DNA from: Macrostomum lignano
Lineage: Eukaryota
DNA length: 64,000 nt
Assembly (NCBI GenBank): GCA_002269645.1
Contig: NIVC01002501.1
Coordinates: 1 to 64,000 of the forward strand
Reading direction: 5' to 3'
This document shows, in pieces, positions 1 to 12,228 of this stretch. Numbering within the stretch: the stretch's first letter is position 1; every line of letters starts with the position of its first letter. The notes under the pieces were generated by a model that worked only from the letters and a program-made list of their open reading frames with translations, was not told where the DNA came from and ran no database searches. The position numbers were made by a program, and so were the translations under genes.

Positions 1-325
1 AATCGCCATTCACTCCTCATGAATCGCCATTCCTCCAATAATCGCCATTCACTCCTCATGAATCGCCATTCACTCCTCAAGAATCGCCATCACTCCTCAT
101 GGAATGCCAGCTATTCACTCTTCAGAATCGCCATTCACCCTCATGAATCGCCATTCACTCCTCAAGAATCGCCATTCACTCCTCAAGAATCGCCGTTCCT
201 CCTCAAGAATCGCCATTCACCCTCATGAATCGCCAGCCATTCATCTTCAAGAATCGCCATTCACCCCTCATGAATCGCCATTCACTCCTCAGGACGCCAT
301 TCACTTTCAAGAATCGCCATTCAGC
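1..325. repeat. 21-bp minisatellite (gaatcgccattcactcctcaW), cut by the window edge
   Basis: About 15 degenerate copies of gaatcgccattca read directly; ORFs 19..228 and 104..373 are translations of this repeat. Confidence 0.95.
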
Positions 326-439
326 ATCCTTTGGTCCTCAAAAATTGCCCTAGTCAGCCTCTTAATAAAGTGATCGGATAGTGACACTCGTTCAAACTAC
401 TTTTCAGCTAGTAGTGTAAAAGGACATTTTTTTATTTGA

Positions 440-1537
440 ACCATTACCGAACGCATTGCAGGAAGCGACAACAGCCTCAGAATCCGCGGCAGACTCCGCA
501 GCAGCGGATGCCGCCAGCCAGCTGTCCGCTGTCTCGGCCTGCTGCCGGTGTCGCTGTACCTCAGCTCCGAGCAGCGCCAGCAGCTGAACCGCCTGGGCAG
601 CGGCGGCGGCATTCGGCGGCTCCGCTTCGATCCGGACTTCGCCGACCCGGCCAAAGTCCTGACGGCCCTCGCAAGCTCAATCAGGTGTCGAAGAAAAAGC
701 AGAAGAAACTGAAAACTGACTCGACAGTTTCACATTCTTCATCCGTCGTTGAGCCAGTGATGAAGCTGGCTACTCAGCAGCAGCCATCGAAGTCGGAGAA
801 GGCGGCGGCCACCAGGCAGGAGCTGCAGCAGAAGCTGCAGGCCCGCATGGAGCAGCTGCGCCAGCAGCGAAACGCGCAACCCACGGCTTCTGGCGACCGC
901 GGCAAGAAGCGGCGCAGCCTGAAGCGCAAAGAGGCGACCCTGAAGCGCCGGGTGCAAAACCTGGCGGCCGCCAATGAGACTCAGCCGAACCAGCAGCAGC
1001 AGAAGCAGCAGTCGGGCAGCCAGGCCAAGTACAACAAAGACGGCAAAATCTTGTACTCAAAGTTCGACCTGGTTGCCAAGGAGGAGCTGCTGGGCTCGGA
1101 GACCACCGGCAGCCGGGCCGCCGCCGAGACGCGCAAGCGGCAGCGCAAGCAGCTGGAGCGCCGCCTGGTGCCCACCACCGCCGGCGCCGACCTCGAGCGT
1201 CAGCGGCGCCGCATCGAGGCGATGAAATCTTCCAATCCCGAGGCGGCGGCCCGCCTGGAGGAGAAGGCGCGGTGGGAGCGCGCAATGGCCCGCGCCGAGG
1301 GCGTGAAGGTGAAGGACGACCCGGCCCGGCTGGCGCGCACAGCCAAGCGCCAGGCGAAGATGCGGCGCGTGAAGGCGCGCAAATGGCAGGAGCGCCAGGC
1401 CGGCGTGGAGCAGCGCCAGACGGAGCGCCAGGAGCGCCGGCGCGCCAACATTCGGCGCGCGGGAGGCGCGAGTAAAGCGCAAAATCGAGCGCGCAAAAAA
1501 GAAGGGCCGAATTTTGCCGGAGCTGCACGGCAAATGA
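440..1537 (+). CDS. SURF6: Surfeit locus protein 6 (nucleolar SURF6/Rrp14 family), frame-disrupted in this sequence
   Basis: ORF 436..1758 contains SURF6-like YNKDGKILYSKFDL and GVKVKDDPARL..KARKWQERQAGVEQRQTERQERRRANI. Shifting frame in the A6 run at 1495-1500 gives RKKKGRILPELHGK* (TGA 1535-1537), matching the SURF6 C-terminal RKKGRILP motif. The GC3-rich frame at 539-660 (LLPVSLYLSSEQRQQL..FDPDFADPAKV) is off-frame relative to the ORF. The start codon is unresolved. Confidence 0.85.
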
Positions 1538-2324
1538 GGATGCTGGGTGCTTCTTCATCAGGCGGACTTTCCTGGAATACCAGCGGCAGGCCACCGCCCT
1601 CCCCTTGGGGTTTGCATTTCAGTCCCATATTTATTCAGCCTCGATGCAGTGCGAGTTACAATAATAATAGTAAACACAGATCTGCCAACCCACTGGCAGA
1701 AACCCACCGCCGGTTTCTCGTGTCAAATCGAAAGTGTTTGGTAAAAAAAAAAAATTAAAATCACGCGCTGTCATTTGGCTTGGTTAATTTTATACCTGGA
1801 TGAATGAAAGCAGTTTTTATCAGTAGGATGAAGACCAGTAGTATGACAAGTAGCAGCACAACCAAATAAATATTAATGACGCATTCACTACAGCATAACT
1901 ACATATATTATTGTATTAAAAAACTCGCGACTTGCCTACTTCTAGTAGGCTGATTTGAACATTTTGATTAAAAATATATTCACTCTAGTCAGCTTTGGCG
2001 GACTAGAAGCCGATATAAATTGAATTTCAATGCGATTGATAGTCTGGAATCAAGGACCATTTGCTAAGGAGATAGGAAGACAGCTAAAAAGGAATTTTTA
2101 ACCTCGCCGTTCGGACAACCCGCATACGCTTTGATTGGTCCGATGTGGCTTCACAATTTGATAGACTAGAGACCGGTTAAACAATGCAAATTTAAGACAG
2201 ACAGGTCGCCTTGGCTTCAAAAATAACCTTCAAACATATTTCCAATGCTTCAAATCCTTGATTCCTTGATGCCATGCAGTAGATGGTAATAATGTACATG
2301 AAAATGAAGACTGCTTCATCTCAG

Positions 2325-3418
2325 TTATCTGTCTACAGCCTCCTCGCCGCCGCCATCCGTCTTCTGCTGCCGCTGACTCAGCGCCAGCAGCCGGTCGGCC
2401 AGCTCGCCGAGCTCCGGCAGGCAGCGCAGGCTGGGGCTGCTCAGCAGGGATGCCAGACCGGCTTCCAGGCGGCTTCGCTGACCGACATTGTCCAGCAGGC
2501 GGGGCCGCCGCTGGCACAGCAGCAGCAGGCAGCGGAGCGCGTGCTCCAACCAGTCCAGCCTCTCTGCGGCTGCCGCTTCATCATCCTCGCCGCCTTCGTC
2601 GGCAGATTTCGCATCGTCGGTGGCGTCGACCAGCTCCGACACGCTGTCGATCAGGCTTGCCACGACAACGCCACCGCTGTCGTCGGCCAGCCGGTCGGCC
2701 AGACTGTCCGACTCTTCGCCGGCCAGGCTGGCCAGCAAGAAGGCTGCTTTTCGACGCAGACGCCGCCGACGGCGCTGCTGGTCGTCGCTGACGCCGTCGC
2801 CAAGTCGAAGGCAGCCGGCGATGGCGGGGAGGCCGCCGGCCTGGACGCAGGCGGTCTGCGCGGCCGGACAGTCGCGCACCAGACAGGACAGGGCGGACAG
2901 AGCGGCGAATCGGACATCGCCATCGTCGGAGCCGCCGCCGCTGTTACCGACGTCGCCAACGGCGCAGACCAGATCTCGGACGCAGCCGAGGCCGGCCACC
3001 TGGGCGAATGGGTTGTTCTGGAACAGGCCGGCCAGCAGGTGCAGCGCCGCCGAACGCAAGCGGCCGCCGCACCGCTGGCAAACGTATGCGGCAGCGTCCA
3101 ATCCGCCTAGTTTGATGAAATCGTTGGCCACGTCCAGGTTGTCGCAGAGGTCCTTGGTCTCCTCTAGGCAGTCCAGGCATTTCTCTGCAGCCTCGGAGTC
3201 GCCGTCGGCGGCCGGGTCGGCGTTCTGCAGCAGCTTGGCGATGCGCTCCCGCAACTGCTTGCCGATGTCCACGGTCAGGCTGTCCATGGCCTCCTGCAGC
3301 CAGCGGGCCCGCTCGGGTCCATGGAGGCCACATCAGCAGATGTTGGTGGATTGTCGCCGACTTGCATGCAGAAGCGCAGCAGGCCTTGCAGATTTTGTGG
3401 CAGTCTGGGCTCGCCCAT
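2325..3418 (-). CDS. HSPBP1: Hsp70 nucleotide-exchange factor HSPBP1/Fes1, with one apparent 1-nt deletion at ~3315-3317
   Basis: ORF has the Fes1 motif LEETKDLCDNLDVANDFIKLGG and the ARM segment LAGLFQNNPFAQ. Upstream ATG at 3418 reads MGEPRLPQNLQGLLRFC..MDP and joins ERARWLQEAMDSL if one base is added (1094+1 = 365 codons). Confidence 0.9.
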
Positions 3419-3570
3419 TTAGCAGTCTTTGATGAGCTGGGGACTCCTGGATTGGAATTGCATGGATTTTATTAGGACAGAAAATTATAAATAATTCTAC
3501 ACAGGACCTTGCTCTAGCTATAATATGCATATATCCTTTGAAACAAGATGTCCAAATTTTACTTTTACTG

Positions 3571-3973
3571 TAGGGATTGCAATCCTAGGATCCTGAAAAG
3601 TGTTGTAATATGAACATAATTATGCCCCAACTAGCTTATTATACTGTGCTAATTTCTGTTAAATTCCTCACATTGCGCGGCACCTTTTTAAACCCAACAT
3701 CATAGATTTAAATGTGAAATTTATTCCAATGTAAATTTTGATATATGATTAGCTTCTTTACTACTGATTAATACTTTTATACTACTTACTTAAATGTCAC
3801 AAGACAATGCTGTTTTTCATATACAAAAAGAACATCTCTATAAAAATAAAAAATAGAAGCAAAAATATGTTTAGCACATGTTTTGCCTTAAAATTTCAAC
3901 CCAGAAGCTTAAAAATCTGTATTTTTTATCCTAGGATTGGCCAAATTCTAGAATTAAATCTCAGAATCCCCTA
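3571..3973. mobile_element. hAT-like MITE (TAGGGATTGCAATCC..AATCCCCTA family), older copy
   Basis: Termini TAGGG/CCCTA; flanks ttttactg/ttttacac (6/8 match, putative 8-bp TSD); the body aligns by eye with 39624-39720 and 40085-40370. Confidence 0.65.
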
Positions 3974-6870
3974 TTTTACACAAATCCTTAAAAACTGAAA
4001 AATTTATCCTATTTGGTCTATATAAAAACTGGTCCTATCTGCTATCTTAGCCATCTCTATATACCAAGTAATATCAAGGGTACACCAGTTGCTAGGCCCT
4101 TTTACTTGCCAATAGTCTATAAAATTATATATTTCTATTTCAGAATTTTCTAGTATATGTATATACCATTGTGAGTTTAGGGTCTGGGCCATAGTTCAGA
4201 TGGTGCAGCATGGTGGTATCATAGTATATTAGAAATACCTTTTTTATTATGGTATACCAAACCAAATGTATGCCACTTTTATATTTACAAAAGATAATTA
4301 TAATTTTAAATTTTCTGAAGAATGTTTTATAAACAAAAACTTTTTTATAATATATTAGAGAGAGCAAAAACATTAATTCCCAACAACTTTTTAATTAAAG
4401 AATTTTTTGTTTGTTTAAAAAATACTATTACTAATAGTATTAGTATTATAAATAAAAAAAGAAATTTTTGAAACTCTTATAGTGCATGTGGCCCGCCGTG
4501 CATGTATTCTTAAAAAAGAAAAATTATTACAATATATGGGCCTTATTTTGTCTAAAGTTATCAAAGTTTTGAAGTTTTGGTAAGTATAGGTTGATTGCAT
4601 TAAAATTTTACTTGAATTTAAAGTGGTACCCACACTCTGGATCATGTATTATATACCCAAAAATTTAGGCATGCATTGGCCTTGCATGCCAAAAGTAGGC
4701 ACACACAGTTGCTATGCATCACTCTTAAGAAAATAGTGTGCATGCACACTTGGCTTGCACTTTATAGAATCATATAGAAAGGTTAGTCTTCAGTAGAAAA
4801 AAGATTTTTTAAAGTTCATTTAAGCATAAATTTCAAGCTTCCTGGGTTTTTAAAGCTTGTAATAAGGCATTTAAACAAACCTTTGTATGTATTGATTTTT
4901 TGCTATATAAATGGTATCACTAAAAAAGTAGGCCTATAAAAATCAACCAAATTCTCTGCTAAAAAGTTTTTTATGCAATTTAAAAAGTCATTTATTGTCT
5001 CAATATAAAAATGTCATTTATTGTTGCAACACTAGCATAGTTTTGGGAATGGGCATGCACTGTATTTTTTGGTGTGCATATTGTTTGTAATTATTTGATT
5101 TTTGTTTGGATATTCACCCAGCATGATCTAGACTATACTATAGAGTGGTACATATACCAAAGTGGTATGCTAAAACAGTTAAACTAATAATTACTCACGG
5201 TATGCTAGAAATTTTCAGTATACTAGTAAAATTCCAAAGTGTGGGTGTAGGGTCCATAATGCATTTTGGATATTATCATAGCATATAAAGTCATTGGCAT
5301 TTACATTTACATATAGATGATATAGGTCTAGCACAAAATTTTATGTCTACTAAAATAAATAAACAATTTCTTTTGATCAAAAGTGGGCCTACATACAATA
5401 CTCTATATAATATGTATATAGTACTCATTAATTTTTAATAAAAAACCTGACTATTCGGGCATTTCATTTATACAAATCATCATGTCTATTTTCTAAAAAT
5501 AGTGTAAATTTATTTAGGATCAGATCTATAGTATTTGCAAAAATATTATTCGAATGCAACGATTTACTTACAAGTAACAACAAGAATAGGCCTAATTTAC
5601 AAGCAGTAGTGACTCAGTGAGTAGTATTCTCGACCTCCGAAGTTTTGTTTCGCTAAGGACTTTCCACTTCCACTCTTATGAATCTTAATATTTTACTGTA
5701 GGCTACGGTACAGAGGAGTTAAAACAAGTGGGACTAAGAATCCGACCTTATGAATCAATTCTTTATATGTATATTATGAATTTTCGCAGACTTCACAAAT
5801 CTTGAAATTGGACCGATTTATATACGTAGACACTCATCGTAAGACAAATTTCTAAAAAAATTCTGCACGTGTTTTCCAGAAATTTCTAGAAAAAAATTAT
5901 CATCTGTTAAAGTTTAAACAACTAAATAAGATTTTGTTAATACACAGCGGCGGTTGCTAATAAAGTTCATCTAATGTTATGTTTCATTTCAAAAAAATAA
6001 TTTTTTATCATTTTTATCCTAGCTCTTACAAATATTTTTTGACGTCTCCATGGCTACAAAACAAAAAACTCTTTCGTATTTCAACTTTACAAACTCAAAT
6101 GTGCACTTCACTATTACAAAAAATTCTGGATGTTTAAATAATTTAATATACCGGCCAAATTAATTATATACATATGTGCCCCCTTAAATTTACCCGTAAT
6201 GATTTTTTTTCCAAATTTTCATCGTTTACTATAGTTTCAATCCTATTTTATACAATCTACCTAACCTTTACAGTGCCCCCCGCTCCAGAAAAAAAGTGGC
6301 TTCGCCGCCCCGCAAACCTGCCTACCTAGGAAACCATGAACGGCAACGGGCAACTGATCGCTATCAATACTGCAATACATGCGCTTTTGTTCTTTTTCAA
6401 TCACGTGTCTGCTTAATATTTTCTTATAGATTGCTGCTAAAAAGTTCTAGTTACCTCTTAACGGTGAATACGAACGTATATTTGCAGCAATTTTTTCGAA
6501 ACAGTTTAAAATTGGTACCGAAATAGATAAATAATAATAGAAACTAAGTACGAGCCTAATTTATTCCTTAAATTATTTTCATTTGTAGATCGTATGCCAA
6601 CCTTTACTTTTATTTGCGTGTCGCTTAATTTCTTAAATTTTATTTTAGCTGCGTTACAACCAAGATGGGAAAATAAAAAACACAGCTAGCGTTCTGAGAA
6701 CTGAAAACATTAAGTCGAATGAACACTCCTTGATTTTTTTGTTTTTCAAGCAATTCAAGTAGTCGGTCTTTTGAAATTGGATGTGCTCTCGCTTGAATCC
6801 TTGCCTATCTCGCACTGCATTGTTAAAGTCTTATAATTAGCTGTCCTTAGCAGTCGAACTTCAAGCGCTG

Positions 6871-8835
6871 TCAGTCTTTGCCCAGGAACGCCAGAATCGA
6901 CTTGGCCGGGACGAACACCACGTCAAGACTGTATTCCTGGTCCTTCACGTAGGATGTCGAGCCGCCGCCAGCGTTGTACAACACCTTCAGCGTGCCGGTG
7001 GTCACCTTGGCCTGCTTGGCGAGTCCCAGGGTCGCCGCCTTGTCTCCGGTGTTCATGATGACCAGAACTGGCGGGAACCGCTCCGCCTCGCGCTTGAATG
7101 CCACCAGCGAGTCGTCACGAGTGGCCAAAAACTCGATGCCGCCCCACTGCAGCGACTCGCTGCCTCCAATCAGCGTCAGCACCGATTTCACCAGCTCCAG
7201 CTGCGACTGCGCCTTCGGGTGGCCGGTCGAGCTGAGCAGGCGCAGGTTGTGCAGCTCGATGTCGGCGGCCCGTGGGCTCAGGTCCACCCAGGCCAGGCTG
7301 GCCGAGGTGTTCGACAGCCAGCCGGCGTTGGCGGCGCTGCCGGACCACTGCATCGGCGTCTCCGATGCGTCCGTTGATTCGTTGCCCGACAGGTAGCTGG
7401 ACAGACCTTCGCCTAGCAGACTGACGCCGGCCACGTGAGCCATGCCCAGCTCCTGGCCGTAGTAGAGGCAGGGCACGCCCGGCAGCAGCAGGGACAGCGC
7501 GGTCAGGTGCGACTCCTTGGGCCGACGGAGATGCGACCAGGCGGTGGCGAACAGCACGCTGTCGTTGGACCCGGCGGCACCCAGGGTGTCCAGCACCACT
7601 TTGCTCGGCGAGGTCCATTTGGCTGACGCGGAACTTAAAGAAGCGCCGAGTGCCGTGCTGATGACGGCGTGAGCTCCGTTCTTCTTGTCCAGGTAGGCAG
7701 CCAGGCGGTCGGGCGGCTGCGGGAAGCCGGTGTTGCCGGGCTCCACGAACAGTGCCAGCTCGCGGCCGCGCTTCTCAGCCTGGGCGTTGATGAACTGCCG
7801 AATCTGACGGACGAATTTCACGCTGTCGTTGCTGAACAGCAGCGCCGTCGGGTCCGCGTCGCTCCAGGTTTTGCCGTTCAAGCCGGGTGGCGCGTCGGCT
7901 GGCGGCGCTCTTCTCGGCGCCATGAAGGCCACGTTGGTGAGCACGAAGCCGCTGAGCCCGGCGTCCAGCCAGAAGCTGAGCGCCGCTTCGATCTTCTCGG
8001 CCACCTGCGCATCTGTGACGTTCAACGACAGGCAGCGGCTCCTCGGCAGGTGCAGCTGCGAGTCCCGCCAGGCTGGGCCGCCGTCTCGACTGGCCAGCGG
8101 CGCCTGCGGTTCGACGGTTGTCAGGAAGGCGCCGCTGCCCCAGGCCGAGCTCGCCTGGCTGGCGTCGAACTCCATGAGGAAGCTGAAGCCCTTCTTGCGG
8201 CCCAGCTTTGTCAGGCTTTTCAGCGACTCCAGAGACACCAGGCTGGAGTTGTAGGCCTTGAAGTCGGCGATGCAGCCGCTGGTGGGTTCGCGGGTCACCA
8301 GGCTGTCCAGGATGAAGTTGTTGAAGCCCAGCGTGTTGAGCAGGTAGTCCATCTTCTTGGTGAGGCCCTCGACGCTGCCCAGAGCCGTCGGGTCGGCGTC
8401 CGAGGCCGGGGCGAAGGCCTTCACGGACAGGCGGTAGATCGGCTTCTGCCAGAACTGGCGCGGCGGCCTCGGCGGGCACCGGGGCGACACCACGATGATG
8501 ACGACCACGGCTGCGAGCATGGTGGCCCAGACCGCCCAGAACAGGATAAAGAAGATCAGCCTCAGTCGGTGCCAGAACGGGTCCTTGGCGAAGTGCTCCA
8601 GGTCCTCCTTGGTCAGGCAGCTGAATTCGGCGTCGGGCGTCGGCTTTTTCGACGTCGATTGGCCCGTTTCGTCGGCCTCGGCGATCTTGTCCCCTGGCGA
8701 CTTGATCTCCACCAGAGGCGTGCCCTCGTCAGCATCCTGATCCTCCTTGCGAGCGAGAGCTTCGGCCGCGGCCTCCTGACTGTCCGACTCGGCCTGCGAC
8801 TGCGGCAGATCGGCGTTGGCTTCCGGGTTCACCAT
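6871..8835 (-). CDS. SLC3A2: SLC3 family heavy subunit (4F2hc/CD98hc/rBAT-like), single coding exon, ~654 aa
   Basis: LTKEDLEHFAKDPFWHRLRLIFFILFWAVWATMLAAVVVIIVVSPRCP is the SLC3 N-terminal/TM motif with the bridging Cys. It is followed by a GH13-like ectodomain (FWLDAGLSGFVLTNV, LLLPGVPCLYYGQELGM, TPMQWS). First ATG at 8835. Orthology to SLC3A2 versus SLC3A1 is not established. Confidence 0.85.
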   Translation of the reverse strand: MVNPEANADLPQSQAESDSQEAAAEALARKEDQDADEGTPLVEIKSPGDKIAEADETGQSTSKKPTPDAEFSCLTKEDLEHFAKDPFWHRLRLIFFILFWAVWATMLAAVVVIIVVSPRCPPRPPRQFWQKPIYRLSVKAFAPASDADPTALGSVEGLTKKMDYLLNTLGFNNFILDSLVTREPTSGCIADFKAYNSSLVSLESLKSLTKLGRKKGFSFLMEFDASQASSAWGSGAFLTTVEPQAPLASRDGGPAWRDSQLHLPRSRCLSLNVTDAQVAEKIEAALSFWLDAGLSGFVLTNVAFMAPRRAPPADAPPGLNGKTWSDADPTALLFSNDSVKFVRQIRQFINAQAEKRGRELALFVEPGNTGFPQPPDRLAAYLDKKNGAHAVISTALGASLSSASAKWTSPSKVVLDTLGAAGSNDSVLFATAWSHLRRPKESHLTALSLLLPGVPCLYYGQELGMAHVAGVSLLGEGLSSYLSGNESTDASETPMQWSGSAANAGWLSNTSASLAWVDLSPRAADIELHNLRLLSSTGHPKAQSQLELVKSVLTLIGGSESLQWGGIEFLATRDDSLVAFKREAERFPPVLVIMNTGDKAATLGLAKQAKVTTGTLKVLYNAGGGSTSYVKDQEYSLDVVFVPAKSILAFLGKD

Positions 8836-10265
8836 GGCTCGGGCAGCAGAGAGATCGCGCTTGGCGCTGCGCAAATAGCTGTAATGGCTTGATGAACCCC
8901 CACAGCCAGTTCAGCCAAGACTCTTTATGGCCCGAGCGATACAGGCTGGGTTTGGGGTTGGTTCCCTCCCCCCCCCCGCTGACTCACCCCAGTCACCTCA
9001 ACTGGGCCCCCCCCCGGGCAGAAGAGTCCCCGTGTGCTGCCTATCCAGCCAGGCGCGCACATTGGACCCCCGCCCGCCACCCCTCCCAGTCACGACCCTA
9101 CGGTGTAGAACTATTTTTTGTAGATTTTTTGTACCAGTTCTGCTAACACAAAGATACGCCGTGTTTAGAAGCGTATATGGGGTGCCTCTCATGAGACAGT
9201 TAGATAAGATGAAGTATAGGGTCTTCACTCTTTAGCAACACAATTACCATGCAAGCGTTGCTTTAATTGTGAAGCAGACTGCAGAACTCTTAGAAATGCA
9301 GCCGCAGGACACACACGACACGAGCCTCTCAAACGCCTGCCAGTCTGACTGACTGACGAAACTCCGTACTAAGAGGTCAGTCAGAGCTGCAATGAGGGGG
9401 AGGGAGAAGAGTGCACAAGGCAGCAGGCAGTCTGGAATCGGTATTTCGTCAGCATCTCTGACCAATCATAGCCAAGCTTCATCAGTGCAATTTGCATTTG
9501 CGTTTTGTTCTCTGCGTGGCGTTGGGCCAGATGAGCCATGCCTGCCCTTCGTCTCAACTGCAGCCACTTTATTCTGCCAGTAACCTGAAGAAAGCCGCCT
9601 CCTAAATTCGGGCTTTTTAAATATAATATTCCAGTGCTAGCATGCTTGTGAATCAGCCAATTTAACATATTGTCAAGTAAAATATGAGTTTGTTGCAAAA
9701 TATCATTCATATTTTGCTTCTCTTCGCGATGCGCCACTCTGACTCTCATTGATTTCTCCTCTCTCCCCCGCTCCCGTCTCTACTCTCTACCCCCTCTCCT
9801 CTCTCTCTCCATCTCCTTTCTGCCTGCTTTCTCTATCTCTTTCCCCTCACTGTCTTCTCTCTCTCCCTCTCCCCTCTCCTTCCCTGTCCCTACTTTCTTC
9901 ATTAACCCCCTTAGACCTTTTCCTATCTTGCACTCTTCTAATAATTTCTTTCTTGATGCACGCAGTCCTCTGTGCTTCAGTGCCTGTTTCATCACACATG
10001 TAATTTATTGGAATTGCTTTTATTAAAAAAAAATCCGCTTCTGTCACTCATCCTGAGCGAATTAGGCGGGGCCGTGTTTTCCTGCCAATCTCAACTTCCG
10101 TAGCAGCTCTTTGCTGAATGATCCGAGAATTGCCTTGCTTCAATCTCTGACACTTTCAATCAAACGAGGCTGGGACTGGGGCTGGCACCAGATTGAAATC
10201 CAAAAAAAATTGGTGTGGAGTGTTCTAAACCACAAAAATACAGGCTAAAAATTCATTCTGCATGT

Positions 10266-11857
10266 AGAGATGAGGCAGTGGGTGAGAGATGAGGCAGTGG
10301 GTGAGAGATGAGGCAGTGGGTGAGAGATGAGGCAGTGGGTGAGAGATGAGGCAGTGGGTGAGAGATGAGGCAGTGGGTGAGAGATGAGGCAGTGGGTGAG
10401 AGATGAGGCAGTGGGTGAGAGATGAGGCAGTGGGTGAGAGATGAGGCAGTGGGTGAGAGATGAGGCAGTGGGTGAGAGATGAGGCAGTGGGTAAGAGATG
10501 AGACAGTGGGTGAGAGATGAGGCAGTGGGTGAGAGATGAGGCAGTGGGTGAGAGATGAGGCAGTGGGTGAGAGATGAGGCAGTGGGTGAGAGATGAGGCA
10601 GTGGGTGAGAGATGAGGCAGTGGGTGAGAGATGAGACAGTGGGTGAGAGATGAGACAGTGGGTGAGAGATGAGACAGTGGGTGAGAGATGAGGCAGTGGG
10701 TGAGAGATGAGGCAGTGGGTGAGAGATGAGGCAGTGGGTGAGAGATGAGGCAGTGGGTGAGAGATGAGGCAGTGGGTGAGAGATGAGGTAGTGGGTGAGA
10801 GATGAGGCAGTGGGTGAGAGATGAGGTAGTAGGTGAGAGATGAGGCAGTGGGTGAGAGATGAGACAGTGGGTGAGAGATGAGACAGTGGGTGAGAGATGA
10901 GACAGTGGGTGAGAGATGAGGCAGTGGGTGAGAGATGAGGCACAGTGGGTGAGAGATGAGGCAGTGGGTGAGAGATGAGGTAGTGGGTGAGAGATGAGGC
11001 AGTGGGTGAGAGATGAGGTAGTAGGTGAGAGATGAGGCAGTGGGTGAGAGATGAGACAGTGGGTGAGAGATGAGACAGTGGGTGAGAGATGAGACAGTGG
11101 GTGAGAGATGAGGCAGTGGGTGAGAGATGAGGCACAGTGGGTGAGAGATGAGGCAGTGGGTGAGAGATGAGGCAGTGGGTGAGAGATGAGGCAGTGGGTG
11201 AGAGATGAGACAGTGGGTGAGAGATGAGACAGTGGGTGAGAGATGAGGTAGTAGGTGAGAGATGAGACAGTGGGTGAGAGATGAGGTAGTGGGTGAGAGA
11301 TGAGGTAGTAGGTGAGAGATGAGGCAGTGGGTGAGAGATGAGGCAGTGGGTGAGAGATGAGGCAGTGGGTGAGAGATGAGGCAGTGGGTGAGAGATGAGA
11401 CAGTGGGTGAGAGATGAGACAGTGGGTGAGAGATGAGAGAGTGGGTGAGAGATGAGACAGTGGGTGAGAGATGAGGCAGTGGGTGAGAGATGAGGCAGTG
11501 GGTGAGAGATGAGGCACAGTGGGTGAGAGATGAGGCAGTGGGTGAGAGATGAGGCAGTGGGTGAGAGATGAGGCACAGTGGGTGAGAGATGAGGCAGTGG
11601 GTGAGAGATGAGACAGTGGGTGAGAGATGAGGCAGTGGGTGAGAGATGAGGCACAGTGGGTGAGAGATGAGACAGTGGGTGAGAGATGAGGCAGTGGGTG
11701 AGAGATGAGGCAGTGGGTGAGAGATGAGACAGTGGGTGAGAGATGAGGCAGTGGGTGAGAGATGAGGCAGTGGGTGAGAGATGAGGCAGTGGGTGAGAGA
11801 TGAGGCAGTGGGTGAGAGATGAGGCAGTGGGTGAGAGATGAGGCAGTGGGTGAGAGA
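10266..11857. repeat. 19-bp minisatellite (gagatgaggcagtgggtga), ~1.6 kb
   Basis: About 80 near-identical units; the 19-aa periodicity of ORFs 10225..11865 and 10245..11894 reflects the unit. Confidence 0.98.
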
Positions 11858-12228
11858 CCTGCCATGTTTTTAGCTTCCTCAGTTTAAAAAACACCCGAAG
11901 CCACTCCCGATACAGCCGCAGACGGCAAATCTCAGAACTGTCTTGGCAGGGTGAGGGTCACGTCAGACAAAGCATATCTCTGCATGAACGCCGTTTATTT
12001 AATGAGAGGAGGCTGATGTTTCTGTCTGCCGTGTCTGCAGTGCCAAGGCAGTGCTGTTTAATTACTCAACTCAACTGCCCGCGGCTGCCGATTTACGAGC
12101 TATTAATAGCTTAAGGTGACATTTCTCCAACAATGTGTGCCTCATGTTTACTGTTTACTACCTGCTTTCTGCAGCTCAAGCAGTTGTTTTTATAACTTAG
12201 ACTGGGAGACGCCACAAAGAGACGGGGA

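Noticed and set aside
2283-8892. Antisense and alternate-frame ORFs over HSPBP1 and SLC3 (e.g. 2283..3110, 2488..3432, 7669..8892)
   Set aside because: Shadow ORFs expected from GC3-rich coding sequence; no recognisable motifs.
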